Below, in pieces: positions 51,501-63,000 of a stretch of DNA of 64,000 bases. The stretch's first letter is position 1. Each line of letters starts with the position of its first letter. The notes below the pieces were generated by a model. That model was given only the letters and a program-made list of their open reading frames with translations, had not been told where the DNA came from and searched no databases. A program made the translations under genes and the position numbers. The stretch comes from Balanoglossus misakiensis (lineage: Eukaryota > Animalia > Hemichordata), in contig CM082582.2 in assembly GCA_040954595.2 (NCBI GenBank), positions 7,380,063 to 7,444,062 of the forward strand, given 5' to 3'.

Positions 51501-54500
51501 CCAGACACTTGATACACCACTAAACCCACAGCGAAAGATATTTTCATTCCGACTTCCTATTTTTGAGGGTATAGTTTTCAGTTCTGCGGTTAGTTAAACA
51601 GATTAGATCGAACAGAAGATGCAAACGTCACTCAGCTCCACAGTTCTCTGCTTATACAAGCGTGTCTCTCACAGTAAAATTAAAAACAAAACGGGGTTAT
51701 AGACTGTTAGTTTTTCCTTTCTTACATATCGGAGAAACAGGTCACAATCTATCTGTACATGTATATACGTCAAGAAGGAAAGTTCATGCGCACTGATCGC
51801 ACTGTGTAGTTAGTGAACTTCACACTTTATCAAATAGACCCACACGCTTCCATTCATTAAAATTTCAATTCTGAAATGCCCACGCGAGACGTATTGGCTG
51901 TTATTTGAATGGGCCATTTGGGACTGTTTGGGCTGTTATGTGAATTGATCATGCAAAAGATGGAGGAATCATTTTTTTATTTGTCGTTCGCTGTACGACA
52001 AACTGTGGCGTAGGTGATAATAGGAAGATTTCACTGAGTTCTTGCTTAGTGATACCACTGCATTGTGATTGAGTATGTAAATACAACTGTATCAGTAATC
52101 CAATATGGCAAATTCTGCAGAAGGCAGAGAAGAAAAAGTCCAATTTCTGTGGTCCGTCCATCGTTCTCCTCTCAAGTACGTGTGAGATCAATTAGCTAAA
52201 TTAGGAGCCAGACACAATTTACAACAAATGCTTCCAAGTAGTCATGATATCAGAATGGCCTAAATATTTACAAAATCAAGAGTCTTTACATTTGTCTTTT
52301 AGTTAGCTTGTCAACATGTTTATCATTAGCCAAAAATTAAACGAACTGATATCTTCCAAGTAAACTAGATATGGTATTTAATAAATATTTACTGACTTCA
52401 GAGAAAATTTACAGAAACCTAACGAAACTACGTGATGTTTGGTGCACACAACAGACTTCCTGGTATAAAGTTTCAAGGATAGATACATTTCATGTATTAT
52501 GTACGACTAGTTTGAATTACTGAAGTATAATATGTAAATTAACTCTACAATTTGGATTTAATATTTAACAGTTTTCCTTTAAGGCATTAATTTCAGATTT
52601 AGATGTGTGTCTGGAACCTATTGCAACCCGAGGGCAACTCTGTCAATTTTAATTCCGTTTCACTCTCTGCATTTTCCCTGGACACAATGAGACACCGATT
52701 ATCAACAAATTGACCAATGTTTCAATTTACACATTGGAAATGTGGTCCCGCTGTGAAAATCGGCTCACATCACACATAAACACGTTCTGATTACATAAAT
52801 ATGAACAGAACACAAGAGGACTGACATTTTTCCTGGCACGATGATTTCATAAGAGTCCAGGTTTGGTGTCAATAACGCAACTCATGACCGTGCTGCATTC
52901 TGTCAACACCAAAACCCGAGGCCCGGTAATATAGAGACAATGCACTTTTTGAACCAGCGAGGAAACGATGGGGCAGCTGTTCAAATCAAAAGGATACAAC
53001 AAGTGCAGCAGGTCGCAGGCATGCTTGTAATTCTGCGTCAAGAAGCACAGCGATACAGTAGCCACTGGGTTGTGACACCACGACTTGTAGAGGCAGCTGA
53101 ACAGGGCACAGCTGTCCTGTAAGGAAACAAATGATAGTACAAAAGTTATTTGCAGAGGGAGCTCTTCGGATATCAAGTACCGACAACAGGGGGCGCTCTT
53201 CAGAGGAGTTTGTGATGTGCTACTACTGATCAAATTTGCAGAGACCTCAGAAAAATCTCATACTTTTTTTGAAATAAAATATGATGCAATTGAATTGTTT
53301 TTATCTTTGACTTACAACTGAAAATTTATTATAATGGAAATAGCGCAAAGGCTAGAAGGGCCCCACAAATCAACCAAAGTCAGACGAGTGCCAACGACAG
53401 TAGCGCCATCCCAGCATGCACCCCTGCTGTGTTGATGAGATATTCCTTCTAGCAGACAAGCAAATTATACTTGATTTATAAGGGATTTTTTTCACCCACC
53501 CACAGTTTAATCACCTCGACTTTTTCCTGCCAAGGAACACAATTACCATCTTAATGGAACTAGTTGTCTTGGCTGTCTAATATAAAGCATTGCTTCGGCA
53601 GTAGCAAAGTGTTTGTCTGTCACTGTGTGAGCGACACTCGGCACAAGACCTTACTGGGACATGAAACTGTCACAAACACTTTCTATTTTCAAGGTCGCTT
53701 CTATGAAGCAAGTGTTAACAAGATCAGTTTCCACACAGCCTTTCTTGATACAATGATTTCTCCCCTCATGTAAAAGTTGACTCTAAATCACAGCGGGGAA
53801 AATCCCTACCCACCTCTGTTTTCAAGTCTTTCAGTTGGGTTCGAAGGTCAAATAATTCCGTTGATGTCAGGAGGATACTATTCAGTGTCTGCACCATGCT
53901 TGAGGCAAACTTCAACTCTTCCTCGTGGGTCAGTATCTCTGACAGCGATTTGTAGATGTCCTCTGAATTCAACAGCAGTGACAGCTGCCTGTTGATAAAA
54001 ACAAAAGATACCTTTCTGTGAATCGCATGAGGGGGCTCATTCAGTTCATTCATGTGTAGTTTTTGCTCATGCATTTTGCTCAACTAATCCCCGGTCAAAA
54101 CTTAACTGTACAAAAGAATTCATTCTATTGGCTAGTCCGCAGGCAATCACAAGGCTGGAGAGTTCACTAACCAATGAGAAAGCCTGTTCCATTTACCTGA
54201 TGATGAATGACCCCCTGTCTTCTAACAGCTGCTTGTCGGTACTGAACAGCTTCATCAAATTGACCATGAACTTTGTGAAATAGCAATTCATTCCCGGCGC
54301 CGACACCGACGACTGCTTGGGCATGTCACTGAGAGTGGAATATTCCTTTCCCTGACCGGCTGAGGACGACGCGATCTCAGCGAGCACTTCGAGATCCAGC
54401 AGCACCACCTGGGTAATGACAATAGTTCGTTTAGTAATAGCGCCCTCTGTCACCAATATCAAGAGACCACTCCCTGCCTCAAAATAGGTTTCTCAAACAG

Positions 54501-57500
54501 TTTCTCTGTAATTGGATTTCAATGAGAAAAAACACTACAGTTCACAGTACTTACTTCATCTGAAGGATCTGATAAAGTCTTCAAAAGAACGGGAAATAAT
54601 TCTTCTACGTGATGGAAAATCTGGAAGGAGAAATATTGAATGATAAACATCAACACCACAGACTCAAACAAATGTATGTTTGAAAAATCAAAGACCTGTT
54701 GGTTGTTTTTCATGTCAATCCTATTTTACCTTGTTTGGTGTTTTAATGTGCAGATGGTAGATCCACTTGAGGACTGATATCCGCGTCTGCATCGAGTTGT
54801 GAAGTAAATGTCTGGTCAACACGTCAATCATGGGAGCTAACTCTAACATCACATGGTGGTGTCTGCAATTGAAATAATAAGAGAAAGAGAACGTTGTCAA
54901 GCTGGAAAAGGCACTCCAGACTTTCAATTACTATATCAGCACTGCCTGTAGGTTTTTAGAGAAATTGAGATTTAATTCTGTGAAGATGAACAGATTTCAG
55001 GATCCTACAGTGGAATGGAGCACTCACATTACATTGGTTTTGTCTGTTGGTTGGTTGGGTGATAGCTTCTCGTCTCTGTCATCGTCCGGCGTTATCAGCC
55101 TCATCAGACTCTGATTGACGCCGTTGGCAACGTCTCTGATATCTGCTTAGGGGTCAAGGGTCACAGCAAAGCACGAATATATATGCGACCACCACTACAC
55201 TACTTCACACGACTTTGTAAAAATAATCACCCACCGAAATAATCCCAATACACCATCATACATAAATATACCACAGAACAGCAAACATAAAAAAAGTATT
55301 TATAAAAGTGGAGAAAAACAACTCGATATAGCTTTGATAATTTTAATCTGTCAGCATTTTCAAAGGATATTTTTCCTGTTGTCTTCATACGCGACGCACG
55401 GCAGTATTGCAGTCAACAATCCTGACGTAAATGGCAGCATGGTTCTTCCAGCTATCATCAGGAATTCTTTTAACCATGTTATAGCAGTAAACTGTATCAG
55501 TTCATCTGTTTTTTACAAAAAAAAAAAACATAATAAAATGTTCCAAAGGGAGTGATAGACATTATACACACAACCAAAACTTCACATATTCTCAGTGAAT
55601 GTTACAGTTGTCATCCCCATAATTTTTCATACTGTTTATATGAATAGAAATGCCCACATCAACGATATCTTTATGGGTATTTAAGTTTGAAATGAGATTT
55701 ACCTTGTGACTGGGAGTGCGTGTTCAAGATATTCACCATTTCAGCAAAATTCACATTATTTGGTGATTTCTTTATTTCGTGAAGGAACTGGTCCACAGCC
55801 GCCTCACACCTGCACAGAGAAAAAACAACATCGATGTCAAGAAGAATTTGTCATCTGGGAGGTTTTACAAAAATTAGGGGTGTATCTCTACCTGTAGTAT
55901 ACTACAAATACAGGGACTTTTGCTTTAGTCAAATTTGGGACAAGATGGTCAAGTTCATAGATCTACTCACATCTTTCTGATTTCTTTGCTTTGGTCTCCC
56001 AGGATGTAGAACATGCCATCCAGAATCTCTGGTAGGAAGACCAGCATATCGATGTGCGGCACAGAATCTAATACCATTACCTGCATCATAATGAAATAAC
56101 GAGAGTGATGTAGATAAAGATTTAGACGTTGATCATTACTCCAATCTCAAAGCATGTGTACAGCTAAACCAACTTGTACAAATTCGACTTTCGAAGCTTT
56201 ATGTATCAAACTATTCGCAGTGAAAGCCTGCTCCAAGAACAAAACACTGGAAGCAAAGAGATGAAACACCTTACCCACGAGACCACAAACTGTCTAGCAA
56301 ATGAATTTGTTGTGTAGATTCTTTCTCTGACCAGCGGCATAAATGACACCATATCAAACGATGAAGACTCTGCTACGATATCCTACAGACAAAAAAAAAA
56401 CAAGAAATAGAGGAATGACCAATCTAAGTTTGAAAGTGCATTTAAAACTGGCTTTAATTTTCAGAGTGGCCATGCTGGGTTATAATTTAGTCATGGCTTT
56501 ATTATGTGGGTTTACGGCTTTTACAATCATGCATGTCTTGCCTGACTTTAATCATTGCTTTCTTATAATAAATCAAATATGAGAATAGAGAAAATTTGCC
56601 TCTCTAAAATAAGAAATTTGCACTCAGCAATCCCACTGTTCATACACACACTACAAAAATCACAAGCGCTGAACCATGCAATGTTTGATTTATTAGTTAC
56701 AGGTACTTCTTTTCTTCAAATTGAGACAGGTCCCCCAAAGCAGTAATAAATTGCAACTGACATAATTTCAGTCCTTCATCCAGAGTTAATATTCAACAAG
56801 AATCAAAGTAGCTTTCAAGACAATAAAACTGATTTATTGCTGTGTCTTGAAAACAAGACCGAAGGGGGGCAGTAACATTGAATTAACCAAACACTGGTTA
56901 CTATGAAAACAGAATGCATAATGAGCAAAAGAAAGACAGTTCTTTTTATCCTGTGATTAAAATAAAGCAACAATTTCTCTGACTCCAAAATAGTCTCAAT
57001 GCAGTGGATGGTAATAAAAATGAAACAGATCAAAATTTAGAAATAATATCCTGTAGAGTATTAAACACAGATGTTCTTGTGCATTTACTCATTATGCGCA
57101 TCTTCTCAAAATAAGGTCATGCGAGTCTAAATCCTCATGATGTGATTAGCAAAAAAACATTGAAATTTTGACAGCGACTCTAAACTGGCAAAGCAACGCA
57201 GAATAGACAGACTGTTACACTGACAAATTGAACAAATACAGCATAATTAATGGCCCTTGCCATGGCAGTAACACCCAACATCCATGCTGTTACTAAGGAA
57301 TTTCTTTGCCCACGGCCCTCTATAACGAATCCCTCAATTGAATTTCTCATAGCATGGATGTTGTGTTGCTCTTCAAAATGCATTTTAAAATATCAGAAAA
57401 AACAAACAAATATATACAATGAAAAATCTTACCTTCATCAGTCTGTCTAACAACTCAGACCCATTCTTCACATTCAAGTCTGGGTCAGCCGCTAGCTGTG

Positions 57501-59027
57501 AAAACAATATTATCACCATTGTTTGTAAGTATGATGTGCACAAAATGTGTGGACTTACAAGATTTGACACAAGTACGTGAAAAATCTCTACGTAGGCAAG
57601 ATATTTTTTCTTTCTCTCTCACCTTGCTGAGCCCGTCGAAGACTTCGTTGAAGTAAGTCAGTACAGATCCCCTGGCTACCTTGACGATGTTGTACAGTGC
57701 CTCGCACGCGTAGTACCGTACACGGCTGTCTGGATCACCAAAACATGCCAACACTGGGAGGATCAACTCGGCCAGGTAACCACCAGATTCCTAGTGGTCA
57801 GAGAAGGTGAGGACATTTGTCTTTTTTTCAAGGAATACCGCACCGATGGTCAGTCGGATTTTTCGACTGAATTCATGAGATATTTTGAAGCGCACAATAA
57901 TGCTTTCTATTGGTATAATTTGCAGAGATAAATATTTTACATAGACTTAATGAAATTTTGGGAAAAGACTGCTGGCTCCTATCTATGTGTACACAACTGT
58001 CAATCAGGGCTCACATAAGTAATTATTAGGCACCATGGTGGAGGAATGCCTACAAATTTAGTGTTGTAAAAGTAATTCTCATCCCCAAGGGTATAGATAA
58101 TTGTTTGTATAGATCAAAATACCAATGCCTTATGGCCTTTAAAGACTTCACTTATCTCTCGCAGAACACGTCTCCTAGGAAACCACATTAACGGAAAGCG
58201 TCTCCTCGCAATCATATTAAACAGACATTATCTCCATGGCAACATACCTTTCCTAGGGCGATGGCTGTAGCAGCTAATCCAATGAGTCCACCTTTACGGC
58301 TGTTGGCATTATGGGAAATGGCAAATTCGCTGGTTAACACCCGGATGAGCCGTTTGATCTGTTCCGTGTTATTCGACGCCACGAACTCCTTAACCATCCT
58401 GTGAAGGAAGTAGAAAGTCAAATTGGAATATGATTTCCAAAAAATGTACACATACGACTTGTAAATTATGTTAACATCTGCAAACCACATTTTGGTTAGC
58501 CTGGTTCCCTGAGCTGTTCTAGTCCTGGATGTGTGTGTACAGTGTGCTGACAAATATAGGGTCTGGTATCATGGTATGGGTGCTATTGTGGGCATTGTTT
58601 TGTCATTGGTTGATAATGAGGACACTGCACTGTGACTGAATGAAACGTGTAATTTGCGTGCCAAACCATTTTTTCTTTAAGCCAATAGTGTACATTCAGC
58701 ACAATTCTTGTAATTTCTCAACAATAACAATGGCTATTCTCATATATAGACCATCTGTCAATATACTGGGCATTTTAGCATGTTGTAGGGAGTAGAATAA
58801 CAAGACACTAGTTAATGCATTACACCTTTTGGGCCAGGGGGGTGGGGCAAGTTAGGCATTCGAGCTGGGCAGGTCAAATCGTACCTGCTGCAAGGTCAAA
58901 AAACGTGTTACTGATTTCTGACTAACCTTTCGATTTCTAATGCTGCCACTTTACGTTTATCGTAGAGTTTATCGTTCAGGGCCCTGACGCAGGCGGCGTT
59001 CAGGGGGGCGAAATCCCTCTCTGTCAT
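48424..59027 (-). CDS. VAC14: Protein VAC14 homolog (HEAT-repeat scaffold of the PIKfyve/FIG4 PI(3,5)P2 complex), 17 exons, 719 aa
   Basis: Exons (minus): 58927-59027, 58248-58398, 57623-57790, 57433-57495, 56275-56382, 55971-56080, 55703-55809, 55371-55505, 55028-55142, 54730-54862, 54555-54620, 54197-54408, 53814-53988, 52998-53116, 51300-51379, 50009-50165, 48424-48583 (2160 nt, in frame). Peptides: [107 protein letters not shown]. Confidence 0.96.
50009..50165 (-). CDS. VAC14: VAC14 exon 16
   Basis: [43 protein letters not shown]. Confidence 0.93.
51300..51379 (-). CDS. VAC14: VAC14 exon 15
   Basis: [26 protein letters not shown]; gtgagt donor. Confidence 0.93.
51380..52997 (-). other. 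U12-type (minor) intron, GT-AG
   Basis: 5'ss |GTATCCTTTT; branch TTTTCCTTAGC close to catcag|, with no long pyrimidine tract. Confidence 0.88.
52998..53116 (-). CDS. VAC14: VAC14 exon 14
   Basis: [19 protein letters not shown]...CDLLHLF; ends at U12 donor GTATCCTTT. Confidence 0.92.
53814..53988 (-). CDS. VAC14: VAC14 exon 13
   Basis: [12 protein letters not shown]...LKDLKTE|gtgggt. Confidence 0.93.
54197..54408 (-). CDS. VAC14: VAC14 exon 12
   Basis: [15 protein letters not shown]...[11 protein letters not shown]. Confidence 0.92.
54555..54620 (-). CDS. VAC14: VAC14 exon 11
   Basis: [22 protein letters not shown]|gtaagt. Confidence 0.93.
54730..54862 (-). CDS. VAC14: VAC14 exon 10
   Basis: [19 protein letters not shown]|gtaaaa. 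Confidence 0.92.
55028..55142 (-). CDS. VAC14: VAC14 exon 9
   Basis: [21 protein letters not shown]...; gtgagt donor. Confidence 0.9.
55143..55370 (-). other. U12-type (minor) intron, AT-AG termini
   Basis: 5'ss |ATATCCTTTG; branch CCCTTGAC; 3'ss ccctaagcag|; restores frame (RK-N-IRDVAN). Confidence 0.85.
55371..55505 (-). CDS. VAC14: VAC14 exon 8
   Basis: [15 protein letters not shown]...[11 protein letters not shown]; ends at U12 donor ATATCCTTT. Confidence 0.9.
55703..55809 (-). CDS. VAC14: VAC14 exon 7
   Basis: [35 protein letters not shown]. Confidence 0.93.
55971..56080 (-). CDS. VAC14: VAC14 exon 6
   Basis: [36 protein letters not shown]; gtgagt donor. Confidence 0.93.
56275..56382 (-). 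CDS. VAC14: VAC14 exon 5
   Basis: [23 protein letters not shown]...FVVSW|gtaagg. Confidence 0.93.
57433..57495 (-). CDS. VAC14: VAC14 exon 4
   Basis: [21 protein letters not shown]|gtaaga. Confidence 0.93.
57623..57790 (-). CDS. VAC14: VAC14 exon 3
   Basis: [13 protein letters not shown]...FDGLSK|gtgaga. Confidence 0.93.
58248..58398 (-). CDS. VAC14: VAC14 exon 2
   Basis: MVKEF...AIALGK|gtatgt. Confidence 0.93.
58927..59027 (-). CDS. VAC14: VAC14 exon 1
   Basis: [34 protein letters not shown]; AG|gttagt. Confidence 0.93.
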
Positions 59028-59882
59028 CTTGTGGGGGTGATTCTATCACACAGTGACTAAAGACTGTCTTGTTTCAAAAGAACACGAGCTTGGAAGGGGA
59101 CGATATCACCGGTAGATTACAAACACCATCAGTTAATGATACTACAGGTTGTACGGACAAGAGGGGAGGGTGCACGCCGATTATATTCCTTTGCAAGGAT
59201 CTCCGCCATCATACTCCCCTTGCTCGATGAGTGTCAGTGAGGACAGGGAAATCCCAGCTGTTCTTGCATGTGGTGTTACTCCCCTTGTAACCATTATGAC
59301 AGCCATTTGGGTTTTCTTGTTTGAATGTGCACTGTGATAGTTTATGCAATTAATTTTCCTTTTACATTATTTTAAGTCACAACATTTCCATTGTATCGCA
59401 AATTTAGCAAACAATTGCGGAAAGTAAGGGGGAAATTGGCCAGTTTGCTCAAGACCAGGGGAGTGGTAATTATGTCTACAATAGTCAATACCATAAATAG
59501 ACGAGACGCTAATGTTGATTTGTTCACAAGTGAAATAAGATATATCCCTTAACCAATCATACGAGGTCTTTTAAAAACGTGAAATGGGCAATCCGGAAGT
59601 AAATAAAGCTTGGCTATGTCAATTTCCTCATTGATAATTCGTTGTATTCGGACTTTGGCGATGATGGGGCAGAGCTAGCTGAGATCGAGATAGTTTGTGA
59701 TTCGGAATTGTATTTAATTCACCGAATCGGACGGCTTTCAAGATTCATGGCCTTTGTATCAAATATGTGACAGCAAATATCGCCGAAAAATAATTCTGTG
59801 AGTCTTTACCTCGACAGTCTACATCATCATCATCACTCATCAGATCTTTGTGTTCATTTGTGATCCGCCATCGCCTGTCATC
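59028..59882. promoter_or_regulatory. Bidirectional promoter/5' UTRs between VAC14 and the MARVEL gene
   Basis: Start codons 855 bp apart, head-to-head; ETS/GABP CCGGAAGT 59593-59600, CCAAT 59553-59557, YY1-like GCCATTT ~59302; CpG-richer than the VAC14 introns. Confidence 0.6.
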
Positions 59883-60059
59883 ATGGAAGCCGACAGCGGC
59901 ATGAATGAATTTGATGTGGAGACGGCGGCGTCGACCCCGGACAGCCAGCGAGAAATAACCACGGTTCCGTTGCCACCCATCAATGTAGACAGCGTTAGAG
60001 TTCGCGTGGATTACAGCTTTCTGAGAACAGCCCCTGGAGCACTGAAATTATTGCATATC
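59883..60059 (+). CDS. MARVEL gene exon 1
   Basis: atcATGg start, ATC|gtgagt. Confidence 0.85.
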
Positions 60060-63000
60060 GTGAGTGAACAAGCATTTTCAATTATTTGATCGAAATGCGA
60101 ATAATAAGTGATGTAGATCTTAATTAGGTGATACTGATAATTGCTTTCTTTCCCCAATTTTATTTCCAGTTAGAATATTTCTCTCTGAGACATACAATCA
60201 ACCATTTGAAAGTGCGAATTTGACATTACTAGATAAATACACATAGGAAATGCATCATCATGAAAATTCTGCATTATAAAAATAATTTTGGTTTTTGATC
60301 ATATTAATATTTAAAACACGCGATTGGACTTTTTAATGCCAGAACCAGGACAAATTACCTTAATTTGTGGGAAAAAAATTCAGCTGCTGATGTTGGATGT
60401 CTTCAGGCAGAATATTACACGCCTACCGGTTGATTCATGTTTACATTGCTGACGAATAAAAGGTAGCAGTATAATACTCTTGACAATGTAACACTGGAAA
60501 TGCAACATAGTGGCAGTGCTTGTATTTTCATCATCATTATTTGTAATTGGGTGTGAATTGGAATAGAACATCAATGCCGGTTTTAGATTGTAGCCTTCAA
60601 TTGGAAGTGTGGAAACTCATTTTGAGAATCGATATGATTGTCTTGTTACAGTAATTTGCGAGTCCCATCAGACGCAAAGTGATGAAACTTTAATATCATT
60701 CATCTGAATAATTAGCCGGGTCTACATATCAAGGCGGTGAAAAGATCAGACCTTTTAGCACAGTGCCATCAATCATGTTCGAATTTTAATAATTTGTTCA
60801 ACATCAGTTGATACCAGTGAAGTAAAACATATCAATAATTTGAAGTGAAATTAACGCCCCTGCAGACTTCCATTGAAATTAACAAGAACACTTGCATAAA
60901 AGAGAAATGGACTCCATCATAGAAGCATACTTCGAATTATGATAGCCATCGATTATTTTTTAATGTAAACAAATTCATGTTGAGTTAAAATGCATAAATT
61001 GTCAAAAGATTACCAGAATTCAATAAAACAAGCATTTAGAGGTGTAGGTTATTAATTTTTATTATGGGTAGTGTTATATTTTTCTAAATGTAAAACCTTG
61101 GCATTTTACTTTCAGATTCTTTGAAATGTAGTGAAAAGCTATTTCTGTACATACACCACAGCGCTTTTCTTGAAAAAAAATGGCTGCAATTATATTCCGA
61201 GTCGTTTTGCTGTAAATAGGAATATTGGATAACAGTTGGAGTTCGCATGGCTTGTGGCCATTACTGTCACATGACGTATCGAGCAACATCTGCAATAATG
61301 GTGTCTCTCCTGTCTGAGTCGGTGATCACTGAGTGCATCATTAAGCGGCATTTTTCCAGTTATCCGCCTACATCCTATTATATTCCCGAAAGCCGGTTAA
61401 GCATCTGGGATACAAAACCCAAGGAAGACGGATTAGATTTCGTGCGACTCTGTGGCAGCATGGGCAGGTGTTAATTATAATTTTGTTCCCCCGGAGAGAT
61501 TTCCAGTTTTTTACATTGCCAATTTTCGACTTTATTTTAATGTTTCCCCCTTCAGGTTAACCATTTGTTATCCAGAATAAGTAATACAGTCTAGATTCCT
61601 TGTGATATAGCATGGCGAACCCTCAATGACTTGTATACACTGTGTGTGCAAAAGCCACAGCTGAACCAATATTTCGCGCCAACATTGTATAATGGAGTCG
61701 AGTTATATTGTAATAATCATACAATGTACATTTGAGAGGCTATCCCACATCACTTTGTTATTTGATAGTAGTGTTGAAGTGAAATATTTATCAATAGGTG
61801 TTCTGTGAATATTTAAAGGTATATACCGGCTCCCTAGTGCGAATTTATCCACATTTAATACATGTACCCTGGGAAGTGAAGATCTAGGTGCTAGACAGTT
61901 TTCTAGTAACCATGGATCTACCCACTTAAAGATTTTCACTAGGGTGGCCACGCAAAAAAGTGAAATATAGTAAATTGCAGATTTTTACACAAGAATTTAA
62001 AAATTTAGTATGACTCATTGAAGAATTTCAAGCGGCGTAATATTCACATTTTTCTCTCATTTCTTTACAGATATTTACCATTGCCTCATTAGTATGCGTC
62101 ACCACCACGAATTATGCCGGCCTAAATTACTTATCCCTGCCGCTTTCCGGTAGATCCAGATTCTTTGTATTTACATCAGTTGTATCACTATTGGCAACCA
62201 CGGCTGTCGTGTTCTTTCATTCCACTGGTCTGTCGAGGAAAATGCCCATCAACTGGCATCTTTTTGTAAGTACAAACAACATTTATACCTAACACATGTA
62301 CAACTGTGGTCTTATTGCTAACTTAAAAACTATAAAACAGTATTTTGTAGTACTATAGATGGTTTCCCCATTTTTTTGAGCAGATAAGGTAGGTGTATCT
62401 CAGGTAATTTCCACTTCAGCTACCCCCCCCCCCCCTCCCCTTCTGTGAAACGGAAGGAAAAAAAGCAGCTCATACGGTTGATTGGAACTGAGGTTGACGT
62501 CTGTTCTAATTTGATAACAAAACACATTAGCCCGATTACAGATTAAAAGGGGTCTTTAGAGTGAAAATTAGCGCCATTACAGCTGGAGTGGTCTGCGAAC
62601 AGGGTTACTGGTTGCCGGCTGACTGAATGCCATTGGACTGTCTGCAGATAACATCTTAATATGTTATCTACTGAGATAGCCAAACGTCTCCAGCGAAATC
62701 TCAAGATTGAAAATAACCATTTGAGAGTGTAAATTGAACTATCTCAAAATTAGACCACTGCAGCATCATGATGCTACGCACAATTAAATAAAACACAAGA
62801 GAACTGTGATGCGCTGTTGTCCTGGCAACCAGGCAGTAGACATCGCCATTGCGTCTGATATGCCTTCTGATTTGTACGTTCGTTCAGCAATCCCGGTTTT
62901 CCAATTCCCCGTAGAACTTTATTTTTTCCAAAAAAAATAAAAAAGCGAATCCACCAAAATGCCCAGTGGGCCCATTACCCAGCGATGGAAGTCTGTATTT

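Noticed and set aside
14260-58030. Scattered CAGGG starts resembling hAT termini (~14270, 16060, 24455, 29560, 46065, 58006)
   Set aside because: Could not pair them into TIRs with 8-bp TSDs by eye
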